Shown here in pieces: positions 36,342 to 42,339 of a stretch of DNA of 42,339 nt. The notes under the pieces are model-generated. The model ran no database searches and was not told the DNA's origin. It worked only from the letters and a program-made list of their open reading frames with translations. The DNA comes from Actinomycetota bacterium (GTDB taxonomy: Bacteria; Actinomycetota; Actinomycetes; S36-B12): positions 1-42,339 of the forward strand of contig CANMNM010000001.1 of NCBI GenBank assembly GCA_947499275.1. Reading direction: 5' to 3'. Every line of letters begins with the position of its first letter. Positions within the stretch are counted from its first letter, which is position 1. The position numbers and the translations under genes were made by a program.

Positions 36342-36820
36342 ATGTAACCAATGAAATTGAAAAGTTTCTCACTGACTCGAACCTCTCATTCACTCGCAGT
36401 GAAGATATCTTCGTCGTCACTATCCCAGGAACTCATAAGTTGAGCACTACTTGTTCCATGAGTGTTGGAACATCTGCCCTCACTTTGAATGCATTCGTCT
36501 CGCGAAAGCCTGATGAAAATCACGAAGAGGTTTATCGCTGGTTACTCGAGCGAAACCTAAGAATGTACGGGGTTTATTTTGCAGTCGACAATCTCGGCGA
36601 CATTTACCTCGCCGGCAGAGTCCCACTGCGCTGCGTTGATGAAGCCGAACTCGATCGACTAATCGGTTGTGTATCGCAATACTCCGATGGTGCGTTTAAC
36701 ACGATACTTGAACTGGGATTTGCCACCGCAATCAGAAAAGAATGGCAGTGGCGCGTAAGTCGTGGCGAATCTACCGAAAATCTAGATGCATTCGCCCACC
36801 TCATTGAACCGGAAGCGTGA
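36338..36820 (+). CDS. YbjN-domain protein (Rv0487-like)
   Basis: This 160-aa protein lies between mshA and gpm as in mycobacteria. Its GTG start overlaps the mshA stop. Confidence 0.65.
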   Translation: MNVTNEIEKFLTDSNLSFTRSEDIFVVTIPGTHKLSTTCSMSVGTSALTLNAFVSRKPDENHEEVYRWLLERNLRMYGVYFAVDNLGDIYLAGRVPLRCVDEAELDRLIGCVSQYSDGAFNTILELGFATAIRKEWQWRVSRGESTENLDAFAHLIEPEA

Positions 36821-36837
36821 ACCGGCAAGATATGCGC

Positions 36838-37602
36838 ATGAGTGAAACTTCGTACACGTTGATTCTTTTGCGTCATGGTGAGTCCGAATGGAATGCCAAG
36901 AATCTATTCACCGGATGGGTTGACGTTGACCTCAATGACAAAGGTCGCGCGGAGGCGCAAAAGGGAGGCGAACTCCTGGCCGAAGCCGGGCTTTACCCTG
37001 ACGTTGTAATCACGTCCGTTCTCCAGCGGGCGATCAAGACCTCACAAATTGCGCTCGAAGCATGTGGGCGGTTGTGGATTCCGGTAGTGCGCAACTGGCG
37101 GCTCAATGAGCGTCACTACGGCGCTCTCCAGGGAAAAGATAAGGCGCAAACACTGGCTGAGTTCGGTGAAGAGCAGTTCCTGTTGTGGCGCCGTTCATAT
37201 GACACTCCGCCACCACCCATAGATCCCGGCAGTGAGTTCGCGCAAAATTCCGACCCCCGCTATGCCACACTCCCGCCGGGAGCTGTGCCTAGCACCGAAT
37301 GCTTAGCCGACGTTGTGGATCGCCTTATTCCTTTTTGGGAAGATGTGATTGTTGCCGAACATCTTCGCCGCGATGAAACAGTTCTGGTTGTTGCCCACGG
37401 TAATTCACTGCGCGCATTGGTTAAGCACCTCGATGAAATTTCTGATGAAGATATTGCGGCCGTGAACATCCCAACGGGAATTCCCTTGGTGTACAAACTC
37501 GATCAAAACCTGAGGCCGATTGTTCCCGGTGGTGAATACCTCGACCCGGCTGCGGCGATCAAAGCTGCGGCGGCAGTCGCTGCTCAAGGAAATAAGAAGT
37601 AG
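36838..37602 (+). CDS. gpmA: 2,3-bisphosphoglycerate-dependent phosphoglycerate mutase
   Basis: The motifs [24 protein letters not shown] and [11 protein letters not shown] are present. The start could also be 36817 or 36832. Confidence 0.95.
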   Translation: MSETSYTLILLRHGESEWNAKNLFTGWVDVDLNDKGRAEAQKGGELLAEAGLYPDVVITSVLQRAIKTSQIALEACGRLWIPVVRNWRLNERHYGALQGKDKAQTLAEFGEEQFLLWRRSYDTPPPPIDPGSEFAQNSDPRYATLPPGAVPSTECLADVVDRLIPFWEDVIVAEHLRRDETVLVVAHGNSLRALVKHLDEISDEDIAAVNIPTGIPLVYKLDQNLRPIVPGGEYLDPAAAIKAAAAVAAQGNKK

Positions 37603-37610
37603 CGATCAAA

Positions 37611-37910
37611 CTATTGCTCATTTTTTGAATTCTCATTCGTCTGTGGCTTTTTCTTGCGAGTGATTCCTCGCGTAACTCGACTTCCATGATGCTTGACCTT
37701 GTGCATGCTGCGTCTGGCCCAGGCAAATTCAGTCCCCAGAATTGCCAGACCGATAAGAATCACGACTATCCCGGGCCCGGGCAGAACAAGAAGTGCCACC
37801 CCCGTTATTAATGTGACCGCTCCAACGGAAGCGGCCAGGATTTTCCTGATAGGAGTCGGCATCGACGCCCAAGAGTCGGTCCAACGCTGAGCCCATTGAG
37901 GATTTGGCAC
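37611..37910 (-). CDS. PGPGW-domain small membrane protein
   Basis: The segment LVLPGPGIVVILIGLAILGTEFAWARR is present in a 99-aa protein. Confidence 0.7.
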   Translation of the reverse strand: MPNPQWAQRWTDSWASMPTPIRKILAASVGAVTLITGVALLVLPGPGIVVILIGLAILGTEFAWARRSMHKVKHHGSRVTRGITRKKKPQTNENSKNEQ

Positions 37911-37931
37911 GTTTCACCAGGGTCCGTCTTT

Positions 37932-38210
37932 TTACCTGCGGCCGGTAATTTCAATCATCTTTGGACGAATATCAAACAGGTAAATCAGGGCAATTACGGT
38001 TCCAGCGATTCCAAAGATAGACAGTGCCAAAGATGGCGCCAGTCCAGCGAGTACGGATACCCCGGTAAGGGCAACCCACAGCAGTTTTGTTTGCCGCCCG
38101 ATAAACGGGAAGTATTCGGACGGCCGGCGAATTGCGTCAACTAAGGCGAAAACCTTCACCGCAAGCAGGATGGCCCAAAGTGCATAAATTACGAGTGTTT
38201 CAAAGCCCAT
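37932..38210 (-). CDS. DUF2516-like small membrane protein
   Basis: The protein is 92 aa with 3 TM segments and contains KVFALVDAIRRP..F......KLLWVAL. Confidence 0.6.
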   Translation of the reverse strand: MGFETLVIYALWAILLAVKVFALVDAIRRPSEYFPFIGRQTKLLWVALTGVSVLAGLAPSLALSIFGIAGTVIALIYLFDIRPKMIEITGRR

Positions 38211-38260
38211 GTAATGATGCTAACCGACGCCCCCGGCAACCGATACCCCCGGCATATGCA

Positions 38261-38288
38261 GAATCCCGCCGGTTTCCCGGCGGGATTC
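38261..38288. terminator. perfect 12-bp stem / 4-nt loop hairpin
   Basis: The sequence gaatcccgccgg-tttc-ccggcgggattc lies 40 nt downstream of the 38328-38594 gene. No strong U-tract follows. Confidence 0.5.
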
Positions 38289-38327
38289 ATGAGCAGTAAC
38301 TCGAATTAACAGTTAACTGATTCGGTA

Positions 38328-38594
38328 TTAGACGCCAATTGCTTCGCGCACCAATGTGACTGTTTCACCGGCGCTGTGGCGAACTTTTGTTGCTGCTTGA
38401 GAGGCAGTTGCATAACCGTCTTTTGCAGCAGACTTCACCGCTTCAATGGCTGTTCCAACACCATCCATGTTTACAGCGGACATGTCAATCTTTGGGAAAT
38501 CAACCTTGGGAATATCAATTTTTGGCAATTCGACACCAAAGAAGTTGAATTTATTTGATGTGTTCATTTCTTCCGACATTTCATCCTCTTTCAT
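38328..38594 (-). CDS. small hypothetical protein with PK(I/V)D repeats
   Basis: This 88-aa ORF lies 2 nt downstream of the XRE regulator gene. It contains the repeat LPKIDIPKVDFPKIDM. Confidence 0.55.
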   Translation of the reverse strand: MKEDEMSEEMNTSNKFNFFGVELPKIDIPKVDFPKIDMSAVNMDGVGTAIEAVKSAAKDGYATASQAATKVRHSAGETVTLVREAIGV

Positions 38595-38596
38595 TT

Positions 38597-38989
38597 TTAT
38601 TGTATTTTCTCTTCCGTATTCGATTCCGTGCTGGAACCGTTTTCTGCTTGGAATGCTGCATAAATCTGAAGCAGTGTTGTGCGCTGGCGCTCGGTCAAGG
38701 TTCGATCCGATGCAATGGCGGTGGTCACAACTTCGTCACCCGCACGATCGCTGAGAATGCCCGCTTGGACGTACAGGCTCTCCGCGGAGATCCTGAGTCC
38801 TTGGGCAATCCGATTCAGAATTTCAGCACTGGGTTTGCGCAATCCGCGCTCAACTTGGCTCAGATATGGATTCGACACCTCAGCAGCCTTTGCCAGCTGG
38901 CGAAGTGACATTTGAGCTTGGTCACGCTGGTCCCGGATAAAAGATCCGAGTCCGCTGACATCTATTCCGGCCATGGCTCCAGTATGCAC
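38597..38989 (-). CDS. XRE-family HTH transcriptional regulator (Rv0474-like)
   Basis: The HTH segment is SLRQLAKAAEVSNPYLSQVERGLRKPS. Confidence 0.85.
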   Translation of the reverse strand: MHTGAMAGIDVSGLGSFIRDQRDQAQMSLRQLAKAAEVSNPYLSQVERGLRKPSAEILNRIAQGLRISAESLYVQAGILSDRAGDEVVTTAIASDRTLTERQRTTLLQIYAAFQAENGSSTESNTEEKIQ

Positions 38990-39042
38990 CCAGGTGCTTG
39001 CAATTGCAAACGCAAGTGCTTGCTGTGGCTAGCAATCCCTTT

Positions 39043-40212
39043 CTAGGGGTAAATGGGGGTTGAAATCTGCACACTTACGACCAGAGATCCAATAACCAAA
39101 GTCATGACACACAGCCCGACGATAGGAATAACCCACCGAATCAGCAGATTTCCCTTCGTGGTCATGCTGGAGAACTGCACCACCGTGTAGTAACACAGGA
39201 CAAATAATCCAGAGACGGCCAGGTTGAGCCCGATCCCGCCGAACGTGACGAGGACGAGCACAGCAACACCGGTCAGGATCTCCGCCCGTACCGGCACCGC
39301 GCGGGGACCGGACACGACCGCGAGCGCGGAGGGAAGCGGTCCATCATTTGCCATCGCAAAAATCATGCGGCCAATACCTATGTTGAGCGCGAAGAGGGCT
39401 GATCCTGCAGCAAGCACGACACCTACCTGAATCAGCCACGCGGGGTATTCAAAAATTGTGGCCAACGCTTGCAGCGGCGAAGGGGATCCCAAAGTTTGTG
39501 GGACGTTAAGCAGTACGAGCGCAACAAGGAAATAGAGGACAAGAACAAGCGCAAGACTAATTCCAATTGCCCAAGGTATGACGAAAGCTGGGCGTTTAAC
39601 TTCACCTGCGATCACCGAAATCCTCGCGTAGCCCGCAAAAGCTACGAAGAGAATTCCAGCAGCGGCAAAAATCGACACGGCCGTTGGTTCCGGGGGCAGT
39701 ACAGCGATAGCCGGCAGGCTTTCGTTCACCTGGGAATAGACCATCAGAGACACAATTATCGTGACGACTATTGAGACACTCAGCCCCATTGCAACCAAAG
39801 ATAATTTGAGCCCTCGCAGGTTTAAGCCCAAAACAATCAGGACAGCGATTACGGCAACAATTCGTGAATGGTCGGGGGCAAGGTAATAACCGATCACAAG
39901 TGCCGCGGCAGAAGCCGAGGCAGTTTTGCCAATGACAAACGAAAACCCAGCGATGAGGGCGGCAGGCGATCCCAGACAATTTTTCCCATACACGTATCCG
40001 CCGCCAGACTGCGGAAAAATCCGTGACATGCGCGCATTGGAAATTGCATTCAATGTTGCAATCGAAGCCGCAATGAGCAATGAAATGAGGAGTGCCGAAC
40101 CTGCGAGGGCGTATGCGGGTGACCATGCCGCAAAAACACCTGTGCCAATCATGGAAGCAAGCCCGATCAAGGTCGCACCGGGAATTCCGAGTGTGCGAAT
40201 CATTGAACTCAC
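39043..40212 (-). CDS. APC-superfamily amino acid/polyamine permease
   Basis: The protein is 389 aa with about 11-12 TM segments. The N-terminus reads GATLIGLASMIGTGVFAAWSPA...FPQSGGGYVY. Confidence 0.75.
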   Translation of the reverse strand: MSSMIRTLGIPGATLIGLASMIGTGVFAAWSPAYALAGSALLISLLIAASIATLNAISNARMSRIFPQSGGGYVYGKNCLGSPAALIAGFSFVIGKTASASAAALVIGYYLAPDHSRIVAVIAVLIVLGLNLRGLKLSLVAMGLSVSIVVTIIVSLMVYSQVNESLPAIAVLPPEPTAVSIFAAAGILFVAFAGYARISVIAGEVKRPAFVIPWAIGISLALVLVLYFLVALVLLNVPQTLGSPSPLQALATIFEYPAWLIQVGVVLAAGSALFALNIGIGRMIFAMANDGPLPSALAVVSGPRAVPVRAEILTGVAVLVLVTFGGIGLNLAVSGLFVLCYYTVVQFSSMTTKGNLLIRWVIPIVGLCVMTLVIGSLVVSVQISTPIYP

Positions 40213-40398
40213 GCTAGCGAGGGGTGGATAGTTCCGACGAATATATGTCCACCGCGTGACTATAGAACGTGACCAATGAAAACATCTTATGTGTGCCTGT
40301 TCCAGAAATACGCTGCACGGGGAACGGCCGAGTTGGGTAGTGTCTCAATCAAAGGTCCCGAATCGGTGTCCACGAGGTGATCATGACACGCTTGGGTG

Positions 40399-40878
40399 AT
40401 GCGAGCGATAGTGCAACGGGCAATTGACGCGAATGTAATAGTTGATAAAGAAGTGGTCGGCTCATTTGCAGGACCTGGATTGGTTATTTTGGTTGGAGTG
40501 ACCCACACCGATACCGTCTCTTCGGCTGACAAGTTGGCGGAAAAAATATTTGGGTTGCGAATCTTCGATCAAGAGTTTCTCTCGCAATTTGACCAAGTCC
40601 TTGTCCCGCCAGAATCCTCCCGTGAACTCAGCGCTGGGGAATTGGGGCTGCCCATGTTGGTGATCAGTCAATTCACACTTTATGCATCAACAAGCAAGGG
40701 GCGCCGCCCCACCTGGGATGCTGCTGCGCCCGGCGACGTTGCTGAGCCACTTGTTGAGGCGGTTGCTCAGAAATTGCGCCAGTTGGGAACGCAGGTTTCC
40801 CAAGGAAAGTTTGGTGCGGACATGAATGTCTCACTAACAAATGCGGGGCCTATGACGCTGATCGTTGACGTTGACTAG
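40399..40878 (+). CDS. dtd: D-aminoacyl-tRNA deacylase
   Basis: The motifs MRAIVQRA, GLVILVGV, SQFTLYA and NAGPMTL are present. Confidence 0.9.
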   Translation: MRAIVQRAIDANVIVDKEVVGSFAGPGLVILVGVTHTDTVSSADKLAEKIFGLRIFDQEFLSQFDQVLVPPESSRELSAGELGLPMLVISQFTLYASTSKGRRPTWDAAAPGDVAEPLVEAVAQKLRQLGTQVSQGKFGADMNVSLTNAGPMTLIVDVD

Positions 40879-40888
40879 CTGATGCGAA

Positions 40889-41920
40889 TTAAGTGTCGCT
40901 GACAACCAATTCTTGATTTGCAGTGATCACATTACCGTCATGCAACACGTGCAAAGTTTCGTCAACGGGTGTTGAACGCTTGATCACCGCTGTTGCGATG
41001 GGTCCGAGTTCATAGTGCCTTGCGGGCGTTGCGATAAAGCCAATTACCTTCCCGGAGGCTGTTGTGACTTCGTCACCGTGTGAGGGTAAATCACTGTCGC
41101 TGCCATCAAGATGCAGCAGCACGAGCCGACGCGGTGGTTTGCCCAAGTTGTAGACGCGGGCAACGGTTTCTTGGCCGCGGTAACAACCCTTTTGTAAGTG
41201 GACGCCGGAGCCAATCCACCCGAGTTCGTGGGGCAAGGATTTATGGTCGGTCTCACGAGCCAACTGAGGGACAGCCGCGGCGGTCCGAATTGCGTTGTAG
41301 GCCCACGTGCCAGCTCGATTGGGAAATTGATCAAGTCGCTGTTGCAGCATTTCTCGAGGAACAATTACTTGACGACCAAGGAATAATTCAGGACGGGCGG
41401 TGACGTACTTGTCCACATATCCCGCAGCCGCATTACCTGCGCCAGCGAATTCGTCTGGGGTAAGCCACGTGATGACACTGTGATCAACGACGTGCAGCGG
41501 TTCCCAAACCACTGCGAATTCCTCACTTCGGTCAGTTACTTCAACGCGCAACATAAACCGCATTGAATTGAGATATACGGTCAGTGCGGTGGCAGTGTTC
41601 GGAGGTGTAATGAGCCAGGTTGTTTCTCCGTCGTCGACTACATGCAGCTCTTGTTCAACGTGCCCGTGTGGACTGAGAATCAAAGCGATCCGGGAGACAT
41701 GTGGTTCCAAGTTTTCAATGAATGCGGTGGTCAAGCTGTGCAACCAAGAGAGTCGATCCACGCCCGTGACCGTGACGACACCCCAATGGGAAAGATCAAC
41801 GCTCGCCTCACCGGCAATGAGCAATCGCTGCTCCCGATGCGGGTCGCCGTAGTGCCAAGCTACACCGAAATCAAGATCCGACTCTGGTGCGGGGATTGGA
41901 GTAATGCCAACTTCACCCAT
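40889..41920 (-). CDS. ygfZ: YgfZ/CAF17 folate-binding protein (GcvT-like)
   Basis: The signature KGCYRGQETVARV is present in a 343-aa protein. Confidence 0.85.
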   Translation of the reverse strand: MGEVGITPIPAPESDLDFGVAWHYGDPHREQRLLIAGEASVDLSHWGVVTVTGVDRLSWLHSLTTAFIENLEPHVSRIALILSPHGHVEQELHVVDDGETTWLITPPNTATALTVYLNSMRFMLRVEVTDRSEEFAVVWEPLHVVDHSVITWLTPDEFAGAGNAAAGYVDKYVTARPELFLGRQVIVPREMLQQRLDQFPNRAGTWAYNAIRTAAAVPQLARETDHKSLPHELGWIGSGVHLQKGCYRGQETVARVYNLGKPPRRLVLLHLDGSDSDLPSHGDEVTTASGKVIGFIATPARHYELGPIATAVIKRSTPVDETLHVLHDGNVITANQELVVSDT

Positions 41921-42339
41921 TACTTTTTAGCTCCAATTTTTTGGCGCAAACTTTACACAAACCGGTAACCGCCATGTGGGTCATGTGGGCGTTGAAGCCG
42001 TAGGTTTCTTGGAGGTCAAGTGAAAATTCAGCAGCCGCAGCGGCCGGAATGCTGGTTACCTCTGCGCAGTCATCGCACACGAGATGAATATGTGGGGATT
42101 CATCTTGCGAGTGATAAACGGGTGCGCCGTGCCCGATGTGTGTATGCGTGATCAAACCAACGCTCTCCAGCACTTCCAAGGTCCGGTAAATGGTTGAAAG
42201 ATTCACACCCGATGCCGTCTTTTGCACCGAGGACAGGATCTCCTCGGGTGTTCCGTGTCCCAGTTGGTTCACCGACTCGAGTACTAACTGTCTCTGCGGA
42301 GTAATGCGAAAACCCTGCTCACGAAGCCGAACCTCCCAG
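41913..42339 (-). CDS. Fur-family metalloregulator, N-terminus off the right edge
   Basis: The frame stays open to the window end (..LREQGFRITPQRQLVLESVNQLGHGTPEEI..). The motifs HTHIGH, HIHLVCDDC and GLCKVC are present. The stop overlaps the ygfZ start by 8 nt. Confidence 0.8.
   Translation of the reverse strand, partial: WEVRLREQGFRITPQRQLVLESVNQLGHGTPEEILSSVQKTASGVNLSTIYRTLEVLESVGLITHTHIGHGAPVYHSQDESPHIHLVCDDCAEVTSIPAAAAAEFSLDLQETYGFNAHMTHMAVTGLCKVCAKKLELKSNG

Noticed and set aside
40287-40532. An 81-aa ORF (-) spanning the dtd start region.
   Set aside because: It overlaps the well-supported dtd gene in antisense and has no ribosome-binding site or recognisable motif.

Overview
The window is an actinobacterial chromosomal segment of moderate GC. 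This assignment rests on synteny with the mycobacterial Rv3579c-Rv3584 block (rlmB-cysS-ispF-ispD-carD-lpqE) and the Rv0486-Rv0491 block (mshA-ybjN-gpm-...-senX3-regX3). The right part (about 24.8-42.3 kb) is ordinary housekeeping: a UPF0016 transporter, tRNA-Thr(UGU), rlmB, cysS, ispF, ispD, carD, senX3-regX3, phoU, mshA, gpmA, dtd, ygfZ and a Fur-family gene. The left part (about 1.9-23.8 kb) is a dense accessory island and is the interesting region. It holds every non-nitrilase member of the Nit1C / MSMEG_0565-0572 (Sll0783-0787) nitrogen-starvation cluster: GNAT, radical SAM, GT4 glycosyltransferase, flavoprotein, small protein, Sll0783-like protein and AIR-synthase-related protein. No nitrilase ORF is present. 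A cobalt-type nitrile hydratase (beta, alpha with [10 protein letters not shown], accessory protein with a His/Asp-repeat tail) sits directly downstream of the Sll0783-like gene, whereas in the canonical order the nitrilase lies just upstream of it. A NiCoT cobalt transporter and an AmiS/UreI-like amide channel are also in the island. Interleaved with these are a carbamate kinase plus FdrA/DUF1116/DUF2877 set (E. coli fdrA-ylbE-ylbF-ybcF type). There is also a translationally coupled 7-gene operon encoding a ComA-like enzyme, an orphan Cys-rich protein, two fumarate-lyase-superfamily enzymes and an ACC-deaminase-family PLP enzyme. The island is bracketed by two directly repeated modules (fasciclin lipoprotein gene plus an identical 40-nt bidirectional terminator, with remnants of a neighbouring lipoprotein gene). 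No integrase, transposase, CRISPR array or rRNA was seen. All family calls come from reading motifs and gene order in the supplied translations; no database search was run.
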